A stretch of 64,000 nucleotides of DNA, from NCBI GenBank assembly GCA_046537845.1, contig JBKHKA010000007.1, forward strand, positions 1,249 through 65,248. Direction: 5' to 3'. Positions 18,405-26,539 of this stretch are shown piece after piece (positions within the stretch are counted from its first letter, which is position 1; each line of letters starts with the position of its first letter). The translations under genes were made by a program, and so were the position numbers. The notes under the pieces were generated by a model. The model saw only the letters and a program-made list of their open reading frames with translations, was not told the origin of the DNA and did no database searches. Source of the stretch: Candidatus Aenigmatarchaeota archaeon. GTDB taxonomy: Archaea > Thermoplasmatota > Thermoplasmata > Halarchaeoplasmatales > Halarchaeoplasmataceae.

Positions 18405-18513
18405 TGTCGGGGACGGGGTTTGAACCCGCGACCTCTAGATTTCTCAGGTCTGCTCGGGTGGAGCATAAACTTCCCTATGAGTCTAGCGCTCCGCCAGGCT
18501 GAGCTACCCCGAC
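18405..18513 (-). tRNA. tRNA with CAU anticodon (elongator Met or Ile2) carrying a 35-nt intron after position 37
   Basis: Hand-folded. Acceptor GTCGGGG/CCCCGAC, D arm GCTC-AGCCTGGCG-GAGC, anticodon stem CTAGA/TCTAG, loop CTCATA|intron|A. Variable loop AGGTC, T arm GCGGG-TTCAAAC-CCCGT, discriminator A, no encoded CCA. Intron = 18441-18475. Mature length 74 nt. It has G1:C72 and lacks the three G:C pairs in the anticodon stem, so it is not an initiator. Confidence 0.85.
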
Positions 18514-18534
18514 AAAAAGTTTCTTCGTTTTGTT

Positions 18535-19452
18535 TCACTCGTGTAGAGCTTTGTAGATCGTTTCCGAGACCGCTTCACCTATACCTTTTACTTCGGTGAG
18601 CTCCTCCTGTGAGGCCTCTCTTAATTCCTGTATAGAGTGATAACCGCCTTCATAGAGCTTCTCAGCCGTCGTGGGGCCGACGCCTTTTATCTCCCTGAAG
18701 TGTTCGATGACTTCCGGTTTGCTGGGCATCTCGGCTTCTTCCTCCTCCTCTTCTTCAGCTTCTTCAGCTTCTTCAGCCTCTTCAGACTCATCCTCAGCCT
18801 CTTCTTCCATCTCTTCTTCCGTGATTATCTTAACGTCGATCTCTTCCTGGTCTGGGACGGAAACCACTTCCGATTTCTTGATCTCGACCTGTTTCAAGGG
18901 ATAAACGACTTTACATTCATTAGCTAGCTTTTTCGGTAGTTCTCCGAACAACATCTTCTGTGCGAGTTCTCCAAGTCTCGAATTCTTAGCCTCTTCACGT
19001 ATGATCTCATGCTGCTTTTTTCTCAGTGACCTTTTAATGGATGAACTGATCCTTTTGCTCGTGATCGATAACGGTTTTACCCTCACTCTGTAGCCCTCTT
19101 TGGTCCTTACAGTAAATACGGCTTCCAACTTGGATTGCCTTCTCCGGGTCAGCCTTCTCACGTAATCGGAAGTCATGTCGTGGCCCACGAATCTGGTCTT
19201 GCATTCTCCTCCTCTGACGCCGTTGACTTTCAACTTTACTTTGATGTGGGTTCTGGAAAAATCTCCCGTTAGGTCCTGAAGGCTTATCTCCGAGACTCTT
19301 CCCAGCAAAGATTCTGGGTCTGAAGCTACAGTTTCACCTACTACGGCCCCGTCGAATATCTCTGGAGCGACGATCCTGTACCAGCTCTTACTCTTCCACT
19401 TATCTTTTACACGTCTGCCAGCACGCCTAGATTTCTTAGCCATCGTACTCAC
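18535..19452 (-). CDS. rps3ae: Ribosomal protein eS1 (S3Ae) fused to an acidic linker and a C-terminal (HhH)2 module (305 aa)
   Basis: The N-terminal ~215 aa are canonical S3Ae (KDKWKSKSWYRIVAPEIF...). Then EEMEEEAEDESEEAEEAEEAEEEEEEEAE, followed by two helix-hairpin-helix motifs IKGVGPTTAEKL and VKGIGEAVSETI. Confidence 0.88.
   Translation of the reverse strand: MSTMAKKSRRAGRRVKDKWKSKSWYRIVAPEIFDGAVVGETVASDPESLLGRVSEISLQDLTGDFSRTHIKVKLKVNGVRGGECKTRFVGHDMTSDYVRRLTRRRQSKLEAVFTVRTKEGYRVRVKPLSITSKRISSSIKRSLRKKQHEIIREEAKNSRLGELAQKMLFGELPKKLANECKVVYPLKQVEIKKSEVVSVPDQEEIDVKIITEEEMEEEAEDESEEAEEAEEAEEEEEEEAEMPSKPEVIEHFREIKGVGPTTAEKLYEGGYHSIQELREASQEELTEVKGIGEAVSETIYKALHE
18751..18786. repeat. Four tandem 9-nt units (ttcttcagc x3 + ctcttcaga) encoding (EEA)n in the eS1 linker
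   Basis: Direct reading of 18751-18786. The units are in frame (9 nt). Confidence 0.9.
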
Positions 19453-19512
19453 TTGAATGTTTGAGATTTATAGATGTTATAACTACTTTTTGGTTTATTA
19501 TTCTTGCCATCA

Positions 19513-21042
19513 TCACATCAGTTCTATACCTTCAGGCATCTCCCCAAAATACCTTTTGAATGGCTCGGGCCAATAGTCCGGATCTAAGCCTTTTTGAGCG
19601 AGAAAAGCCACCGCCCATCTCTCTATGCCTATCCCGGTACAGCCAGAGAGGAGCTTTTCTTTTTGACTCTGGCTTTTTATGTTGAAAGCCTCGGTGTACT
19701 TGCTGAATATGGACAGATTACCGAATTCCAGCCAATCGCTCTGGTCTCTAGGACCTCTGAATGGAAGGTAAGCTTCAAAGTCAATGGTACCCAGACCTTC
19801 CTCTTCTTCGTCTTCACCACCCCCTGATTGCTGAAGGTAAAAGGGCTCTACTTGGGCCATCCTCCACTCTATGTCCATGATCTCATTGAAGATGTGTTTG
19901 TATCTCAAGATCAATTCCTCTTTCAGCTCCAAAAGCTGTTCTTTCGTTCCGATGTAAACGGGTTCGACTCGATGGAACTCGTCTACCCTTTCCATACCCT
20001 GTCTTCCACCTGACTCGTATCTAGTGCTTGGGACCGTCTTTTCGTATACCAGCAGTGGAAGGCTCTCCTCAGCTATGGTTTCATTCCGCAAGGACCAGTA
20101 TATCGGTGGGCACTGAGCGTAACATATGCCGGCCTTGGGTGTCTCGGTCATCCCGGCCAACTTCTCTTCAGGCACTTCCCGGGTGATCTTGATCTCGTCT
20201 ATTATATCCTCCCATTCATCCGGATCCCTCGTGACGGGTTCCGAAACATAATAGGCCTCGTTGGGTATCCCTTCCATGTGTCCCGTATCTATCCAGACAT
20301 CGAAAGGTACCATCATGGATTCGATGACTTCTTGAAAACCGAGGGGTTCTAAAACTTCTTCCACGGCTATCTTCTCGAAGGTTTTCAGCAGCTTCGCAGC
20401 CTCGGGCCTATAAAACCATTTTCCTTTGGTAGGCCCCCTCTTTATCCATCCTTGCTCTTCCATCTTTTCCGTCGGATTCTCATCCCAAACCATCTCTTTT
20501 TCTTCGGACCGCCATATCATTTCCCACATCTCTTCCTTCCCTTGATAGTATTGGGCGTCGACCTTTTCTTTCACCCTGTTTATGATCCTGTCCACGTAAT
20601 TCTTTGAGAGCTGCTCTTGAGTGAGCCCCGATATATCTAGTTCACATCTTTTTCCGTCAAAGTCAACTCTATCCACATAGGGCAGGGTTATATCCTCTTT
20701 AGCTTCAACATCTAAGTAGAATACGATATTGTAATCTTCGACTTCGATCTCTCTCACGCCGACGTGAAACTTCGGGCCTAACTCCTGATTCAACTGCTTT
20801 TTCAATCTCAAGAGAGCGTCGTGAGCTCTAACGTATCTGTCCGACACCACCTCAAGAGAGAGATGTTCTCTTTCCACGGAGTGTTCTACAACGCGTGCTC
20901 CTCCATCCTCGACATCTTTGGGCAGTCCTCTTTTCAAGTAGTCCTCGTTGCCCTTCTCGAGGATGCTTTCGATGGAAGCTTTCGCTTCCTCTATATCATC
21001 ACTGAACCTCAAGGCGGCCTTCAAGTTCAATTCCATTGTCAT
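19513..21042 (-). CDS. serS: Serine--tRNA ligase, methanogen-type (type 2) (509 aa)
   Basis: Class II core with GICYAQCPPIYW, ESGGRQGMERVDEFHRVE and SGCTGIGIERWAVAFL. The N-terminal domain (MELNLKAALRF...DRYVRAHDALLRLKK) is unlike the coiled-coil arm of bacterial-type SerRS. Start moved to ATG 21042. Confidence 0.7.
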   Translation of the reverse strand: MTMELNLKAALRFSDDIEEAKASIESILEKGNEDYLKRGLPKDVEDGGARVVEHSVEREHLSLEVVSDRYVRAHDALLRLKKQLNQELGPKFHVGVREIEVEDYNIVFYLDVEAKEDITLPYVDRVDFDGKRCELDISGLTQEQLSKNYVDRIINRVKEKVDAQYYQGKEEMWEMIWRSEEKEMVWDENPTEKMEEQGWIKRGPTKGKWFYRPEAAKLLKTFEKIAVEEVLEPLGFQEVIESMMVPFDVWIDTGHMEGIPNEAYYVSEPVTRDPDEWEDIIDEIKITREVPEEKLAGMTETPKAGICYAQCPPIYWSLRNETIAEESLPLLVYEKTVPSTRYESGGRQGMERVDEFHRVEPVYIGTKEQLLELKEELILRYKHIFNEIMDIEWRMAQVEPFYLQQSGGGEDEEEEGLGTIDFEAYLPFRGPRDQSDWLEFGNLSIFSKYTEAFNIKSQSQKEKLLSGCTGIGIERWAVAFLAQKGLDPDYWPEPFKRYFGEMPEGIELM

Positions 21043-21149
21043 CCGAGAGACATCTACAGGGAAGTATAAATATTTTGGACTTGGACATTTAATTTCATTG
21101 GAAAACATTTAATACGATGAGTTCCCTTCTATCTTCTAGGTAGAAATAT

Positions 21150-21722
21150 ATGGAGGACGAGGAGAGATTCAGAGGCCATGAAGTCTTGGTGCAGGATGTG
21201 ATGTCCAAGAATCCAGTGGTGATCAACGAAAACGAAACCGTGGAGAGAGCAGCAAACTTGATGAAAGAGGCCGATATCGGCAGTCTCGTCGTGGTCGACG
21301 ATGACCAAAACATCTCAGGGATCATCACTGAGATGGATATAGTAAAAAAGATCGTCGCCGAAAACTTACCCTCCGATGATGTGCGTATAAAAGAGGTGAT
21401 GTCAAAACCCGTCCACACCATAGACGTTGATAGGTTGGTACAGGAGGCGGCTGAAACCATGGCCGAAAAAAACATCAGGAGATTACCGGTCATGGAAAAT
21501 GGCGAGATGATCGGAATAATCACTGAAAACGATGTTCTAGAGATCTCGCCCACCCTCATCGACATAACTAGAGAGTACGAAAGGATCCGAGGGCCCAACG
21601 ATCTCGAAAAGTATGAGGAACACATGAGGAGAGAGTCTTCAGGGTATTGTGAAAGCTGTGGAGTATATTCAGACAGATTGGTGCCAAAGAACGGTCAACT
21701 CCTCTGCCCGGAATGTGAATAG
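21150..21722 (+). CDS. CBS-pair protein with a C-terminal zinc ribbon (190 aa)
   Basis: Two CBS repeats (VMSKNPVVINENETVERAANLM...; VMSKPVHTIDVDRLVQEAAETM...RRLPVMENGEMIGIITENDV) and a terminal CESCG-x14-CPEC. Confidence 0.85.
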   Translation: MEDEERFRGHEVLVQDVMSKNPVVINENETVERAANLMKEADIGSLVVVDDDQNISGIITEMDIVKKIVAENLPSDDVRIKEVMSKPVHTIDVDRLVQEAAETMAEKNIRRLPVMENGEMIGIITENDVLEISPTLIDITREYERIRGPNDLEKYEEHMRRESSGYCESCGVYSDRLVPKNGQLLCPECE

Positions 21723-21808
21723 AGCAGTCACCTCACCCTACATGCATAATCCTTCCTCGATTCATCATCCTCAAAGTTAAATAGGTGAGTTGTATTAGCG
21801 TAAAAAGG

Positions 21809-22222
21809 ATGCGATTTGTAAAACTCTCTGATGAAGATATAAAAAATATCTCCCGCTTTTATCAAAACATGATCGGGGATGCTAGAGAGATTTTACTCTA
21901 CCTGTGGGGTAAAGCGGTTGGTGAGAATATAATTGATCAGCTTTCCAACGATAGTAAACCGCTCAAAAGAGCGAGCAACATGCTCAAAGGTAGAGGGTGG
22001 GCGGAAGAGATCATCTTGGAAAAGAAATCAGCTATCGTAAAAGGAAGCATCGAGATCGATAAATCACTCGATACACCTTCTTGTAACATAATCAGAGGAA
22101 TCCTGAGCGGCATATATGAGGGCGCAACAGGAGATCTGGTTGAAGTAGAAGAAGTAAAATGTGAAAGTATAGGTGACGAGCATTGTGAGTTTGAAATAAA
22201 GAAGAAAGAATTTGAGGGATAA
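21809..22222 (+). CDS. V4R-domain protein (137 aa)
   Basis: C-terminal GILSGIYEGATGDLVEVEEVKCESIGDEHCEFEIKK fits the V4R (4-vinyl reductase) small-molecule-binding domain pattern with a conserved Cys pair. Start moved to ATG 21809. Confidence 0.6.
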   Translation: MRFVKLSDEDIKNISRFYQNMIGDAREILLYLWGKAVGENIIDQLSNDSKPLKRASNMLKGRGWAEEIILEKKSAIVKGSIEIDKSLDTPSCNIIRGILSGIYEGATGDLVEVEEVKCESIGDEHCEFEIKKKEFEG

Positions 22223-22223
22223 T

Positions 22224-22580
22224 ATGGCAGATGAATTTGGAGATGTGCTTGAAAATCTGAAACGAAAGGGAGTGTACGGCTCCGCGATAATAGACAGAGA
22301 AGGTGGTATAATCACCTCTGATCTTCCGCAAGAGGTGCACGAAGAAACTTTCGGTATAATGTGTGCCACCATAATCGGTGCGTCGAACAGTGCCAATTCC
22401 GAATTGGAACGAGGAAGCGTGAAAAGGATAATAGTGGATTCAAAAGAGGGTAAGATGATAATCAGCAACCCCGGGAAGGATATCATACTTTCCGTGGTGG
22501 TGGATACCTCGGGGAAATTGGGGGCCCTGTTCGAGGAGATAAATAAAACCGTGGAGAATATAAAGGCCAGGATCGATTGA
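22224..22580 (+). CDS. Roadblock/LC7 (MglB-like) domain protein (118 aa)
   Basis: GVYGSAIIDREGGIITSDLP...ETFGIMCATIIGASNSA...MIISNPGKDIILSVVVD matches the Roadblock/LC7 alpha-beta-alpha pattern. The ATG lies 1 nt after the upstream stop. Confidence 0.7.
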   Translation: MADEFGDVLENLKRKGVYGSAIIDREGGIITSDLPQEVHEETFGIMCATIIGASNSANSELERGSVKRIIVDSKEGKMIISNPGKDIILSVVVDTSGKLGALFEEINKTVENIKARID

Positions 22581-22599
22581 TATCATCAGGGCTTTTGTC

Positions 22600-23574
22600 T
22601 TACTCCCCCTGATGCTCTATTATCCATTCTAGGGCCTTTTCTGAAGTCTGTTTTTTCACATCCCGTCTGTCCCCACCAAAATTGAACAACCTGTTCTCCG
22701 TCTTTTCGGCGGTCGAAAGAGCCATGTAGACCGTGCCAACCGGTTTTTCTTTGCTGCCGCCCCCTGGACCAGCTATCCCCGTGGTGGCCAACCCTATATC
22801 TGTTTGAAGCTTTTTTCTCACCCCTTCCGCCATCTGTTCCGCCACTTCGGCACTCACCGCCCCCTTCTCTTCTATAGCCCCGGGGTTCACACCCAACAGA
22901 TCCACTTTTGCCTCGTTGCTGTAGGTGATCAAGCCCGCGATGAAATAAGCAGACGAGCCCGGAACATCGGTGAGCCTGTTACCGATCAGACCCCCTGTAC
23001 AGGATTCTGCGGTACTTATGGTCATATCATTTTTCGTCAGCAGATGGGCAGCCTGCTTCTCAGTCTCGGATCTCACTCCTATCACGGGTTTCATCCTCTC
23101 TTCCATATCTATCTCCTCCAAATATTCAACAACTGCCTTCGGGACCAGATCTTTCCAATCTCCTCCTTCTCTTATCCTTTTTCTTATCTCGGTCCCAGAA
23201 TATCTATCCCTCTCTATCCGTTCGAGCTCCTGGGTTTCGTAGCCGACCTTCTCGAACAACTTCAGGACGGTGTGAGAATTTCCAAAGACCTTTTGAAATT
23301 CGGGTAGTATCGCTTCCACGTAATAAGGCCAGGCGGGATGGCATTCCAGGTCCGGGATAGGATATATCTCCACATCATCTATCCTCTCCTCCTCTAGGAC
23401 TTTTTTTATCATCGTGATCCTCTCACCACCCGTCAACGGATCCTCCTCTTTTCTGTGCTTCTGGGCACTGCCGACACCGATTATCAAAGAGTCTGAAGCT
23501 CTTAATATCTGTTTGACCGCCGAAAGATGCCCTTTGTGGAAGGGTTGAAACCTGCCGATGAATAAACTTTTCAT
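22600..23574 (-). CDS. Fusion: nicotinamide/nicotinate-mononucleotide adenylyltransferase (NadM-type) + CinA-C/PncC NMN amidohydrolase (324 aa)
   Basis: The N-terminal half has GRFQPFHKGH and SGTEIR (archaeal NMNAT). The C-terminal half has ISTAESCTGGLIGNRLTDVPGSS...TGIAGPGGGS...GTVYMA (CinA C-terminal/PncC). Start moved to ATG 23574. Confidence 0.8.
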   Translation of the reverse strand: MKSLFIGRFQPFHKGHLSAVKQILRASDSLIIGVGSAQKHRKEEDPLTGGERITMIKKVLEEERIDDVEIYPIPDLECHPAWPYYVEAILPEFQKVFGNSHTVLKLFEKVGYETQELERIERDRYSGTEIRKRIREGGDWKDLVPKAVVEYLEEIDMEERMKPVIGVRSETEKQAAHLLTKNDMTISTAESCTGGLIGNRLTDVPGSSAYFIAGLITYSNEAKVDLLGVNPGAIEEKGAVSAEVAEQMAEGVRKKLQTDIGLATTGIAGPGGGSKEKPVGTVYMALSTAEKTENRLFNFGGDRRDVKKQTSEKALEWIIEHQGE

Positions 23575-23803
23575 GGCAGTGGCGATAGAGATCCGTCTCA
23601 TTATAAACATTGTCCTGATTTATAAAGATAAAGAAATAGATAAGTATATATACTTCTGTGAACATAGTATAATGGGACTTTCTCCTCTCTATGAGGGTGA
23701 AGGAGAATTGATGTATAGGATCATTCGTTCCATCACTTAGATTATCTACTCTAAGACCTGTGAGAGCGGATGTTCTCAGTCCTATCGATTTGGAGTTGAT
23801 ACT

Positions 23804-26500
23804 ATGAAAATATTTGATGAGAAAAAAGTTGGAGACAAAGTCGAGAAAGAAATAATACCTGTCAGAAAAAAATTTCTAGAGGGGCCTAATGTATATGCTT
23901 TATTCCCTGTGATGGAAGCTTATATTGATCTAGGTGATTGGGTGGAGACCCCTTCCAACGTTGAGTTTGCTGATAAACTCGTTGAGCTTCTACCCGAACT
24001 GAGGACTCATACCTGTTCAAAAGGCTATCCCGGGGGGTTCATAGAAAGGTTAATGGAAGGAACTTATCCAGCCCATATAATAGAACACGTTGCTCTTTCT
24101 ATCCAGAATACTGTAGGAACCAAAGTGAATTTTGGGAAAAGCAGAAGAGAAGACGGCAGCGTCTACAAGATAATCATGGATTATGAATATCCTTCATTAG
24201 GGGCTCTAGCTTTCGAGGAATCTATAAAGCTAGTGAACAAGCTATTGGCAGGTGAGAAAGACCTGAAGAGTTTCGTGGAGAACGTGTTGAAAGAGGCAGA
24301 ACGGGCATATCTGAAAGAGAAGATAGGGCCCAGCACCTCTGCCATATTGAAGGCCGCCAAAAAGATGGACATACCTTACAAGCGCGCGGGCGAAGAATAC
24401 AGCCTCTTCTCTCTAGGGTGGGGTAAAAATAGGAAGATGATATGGGGGCCTGAGACATCTGAAACTTCGTTGATAGGCTCAGAGATCGGTCAGGAAAAAG
24501 ACATATGCAAAGAACTCCTCCATGATTATGGTCTTCCTGTACCGCGAGGTGAGGTGGCTAACTCTCTAAAAGAAGCCCTGGATATCGCAGAACATATAGG
24601 ATATCCCGTGGTGATCAAACCCGTCAGCGGTCATCACGGCAATGGTGTTTTCGTTAACCTAAAGAATCCAGACGAACTCAGTGAAGCTTATTCACTCTCC
24701 GAAGAGTTTTCGTCACATATTCTAGTAGAAAGATACCTTCAAGGATACGACTACCGTGTTCTGCTCGTCGATCACAAAGTGGTAGCGGTGGCGAAAAGGA
24801 TTCCCGCTCACGTTGTGGGAGATGGTTCTTCGACTATCAGGGAGCTGGTAGAGCTAGCCAACAAAGATCCGAAGAGAGGAGAAGATCATGATTCAGTCCT
24901 GACCAAGATATCCCTTGATGACGAAGCCAGGATCAATTTGGAACGGCAGAATCTGGGTCTTGAATCCGTTCCAGCTAACGGAAAAAAGATATGGTTGAAA
25001 GATACCGCCAATATAAGCACGGGAGGCACCGCTGAAGATCACACCTCGGACATACATCCCACGCTTAAAAAGACACTGGAAAGGACCAGCAGGATCATAG
25101 GGCTGGACCTAATGGGGATCGATCTGATAGCGGAAGATATCTCTCTGCCAGCTGAAAAGATGAATTGGGGGATAATCGAGGTGAATTCAAGTCCGGGTTT
25201 GAGGATGCATATATCCCCTTCTTCCGGAGAACCGCAGCCAGTGGGAAAGAAAATAATAGAACACCTGTACCCCTCCGGGGAAGGAAGGATCCCTCTGGTA
25301 GCTATCACTGGCACCAACGGAAAGACCACCACCTCTAGGATAGTTGAATGGCTCGCGAGAAATCAGGGTCATCATACTGGTTTGGCGGTCACCGGGGGCA
25401 TCTGGTCCAACGGCTTAAAAGTTGCCGATGGTGATACTACGGGGCCTTGGAGCGCAAACGTAGTTCTGCAGGATCCGGAAGTAGACTATGCTGTTTTGGA
25501 GACAGCTAGAGGCGGAATCTTGAAAAGAGGTCTGGGCTTCGACAAGTGCGACGTAGGGGTGGTACTGAATATCCGAGAAGACCACATCGGTCTCGATGGT
25601 ATTGAAGATACAGATGACATATTCTGGGCGAAATCGCTCCTGGTCGAAGTGACCGATAAAGAGGGCTACGCTGTTATAAACGGGAACGACGATTATGCGA
25701 AAAAGTTGATAGAAAGGGCAAAAGGTACGCCCATCCTGTTCGGCGTAGAAAAGAACGACCTGATAAAAGAGCATATAGATAAAGGTGGAGAGGCCTTTGT
25801 AAAGGAGGGAGACGAACTGGTAGCTTACCTGATAAACGGAGGGCGCCAAAAGATAGCGGGTGTTAATGATATACCATACCTTTTGGGCGGGGTAACAATG
25901 CTGGTGGAGAATACGTTAGCGGCCATGGCTTCAGGATACGCTAGCGGACTTAAGATCGACAAATTCAAAACAGCTTTGAAGAAGTTCCAAACCGACGAAG
26001 AAACGACCCCCGGCAGGCTGAACGTGTTCGAGATAGCGGATAGAAATGTCGTACTGGATTATGCCCATAATCCTGACAGCCTTCAGAAGCTGAGTGAATT
26101 CACCGACCGTCTCTCCGACGATAATAACAACATCTTAGTCTTCACAGGGGTTAGTGATAGAAACGATGAAAGTATCCTTGAAAGTGGAAAAGTGGCAGCT
26201 CAGAAATTCGAAACATTGGTATTCACGGAAAGAGACCACCTGAGGCGGGGCAGGAAAAAAGGAGAGATCACTTCCCTCCTCAAAAAGGGTAGTGACTCGG
26301 TGGGAAAAGATCCAGTGATCATAGATGATCCAGATAAAGCTCTGGGCTTCGCTATGAGCCACAGTAAACCAGGAGACATGATAGTCTGCGCGAATCTAGA
26401 TTTTAATTCTGAAGACCTGGTCCAGATATTTGGTCCTAGAAAGATATGTGCTCATACTGGAGAAACGGGTGAAAAAGGTATCGGGACCTTGAGCGTGTGA
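23804..26500 (+). CDS. cphA: Cyanophycin synthetase (898 aa)
   Basis: CphA N-domain (LRTHTCSKGYPGGFIERLMEGTYPAHIIEHVALSIQN), an ATP-grasp middle domain, and a Mur-ligase-like domain with P-loop ITGTNGKTTTSR and DYAHNP. Length is typical of CphA1. Confidence 0.9.
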   Translation: MKIFDEKKVGDKVEKEIIPVRKKFLEGPNVYALFPVMEAYIDLGDWVETPSNVEFADKLVELLPELRTHTCSKGYPGGFIERLMEGTYPAHIIEHVALSIQNTVGTKVNFGKSRREDGSVYKIIMDYEYPSLGALAFEESIKLVNKLLAGEKDLKSFVENVLKEAERAYLKEKIGPSTSAILKAAKKMDIPYKRAGEEYSLFSLGWGKNRKMIWGPETSETSLIGSEIGQEKDICKELLHDYGLPVPRGEVANSLKEALDIAEHIGYPVVIKPVSGHHGNGVFVNLKNPDELSEAYSLSEEFSSHILVERYLQGYDYRVLLVDHKVVAVAKRIPAHVVGDGSSTIRELVELANKDPKRGEDHDSVLTKISLDDEARINLERQNLGLESVPANGKKIWLKDTANISTGGTAEDHTSDIHPTLKKTLERTSRIIGLDLMGIDLIAEDISLPAEKMNWGIIEVNSSPGLRMHISPSSGEPQPVGKKIIEHLYPSGEGRIPLVAITGTNGKTTTSRIVEWLARNQGHHTGLAVTGGIWSNGLKVADGDTTGPWSANVVLQDPEVDYAVLETARGGILKRGLGFDKCDVGVVLNIREDHIGLDGIEDTDDIFWAKSLLVEVTDKEGYAVINGNDDYAKKLIERAKGTPILFGVEKNDLIKEHIDKGGEAFVKEGDELVAYLINGGRQKIAGVNDIPYLLGGVTMLVENTLAAMASGYASGLKIDKFKTALKKFQTDEETTPGRLNVFEIADRNVVLDYAHNPDSLQKLSEFTDRLSDDNNNILVFTGVSDRNDESILESGKVAAQKFETLVFTERDHLRRGRKKGEITSLLKKGSDSVGKDPVIIDDPDKALGFAMSHSKPGDMIVCANLDFNSEDLVQIFGPRKICAHTGETGEKGIGTLSV

Positions 26501-26539
26501 AGATCTATTCAGTCTACGGGCAGATGGACTGCTCAACCC

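Noticed and set aside
18236-18538. 100-aa minus-strand ORF
   Set aside because: It spans the tRNA gene and its flanking repeat region. The tRNA cloverleaf explains the sequence.
19513-21108. Alternative call as O-phosphoseryl-tRNA synthetase (SepRS), and the longer ORF start at 21108
   Set aside because: The motifs and N-terminal domain resemble methanogen-type SerRS more than SepRS as I remember them. The 22 extra N-terminal residues (MFSNEIKCPSPKYLYFPVDVSR) look non-coding. This still needs an alignment to settle.
21095-21625. 176-aa minus-strand ORF overlapping the CBS gene
   Set aside because: The plus-strand product has two textbook CBS repeats and a zinc ribbon. The minus-strand translation is a Ser/Ile/Phe-rich shadow.
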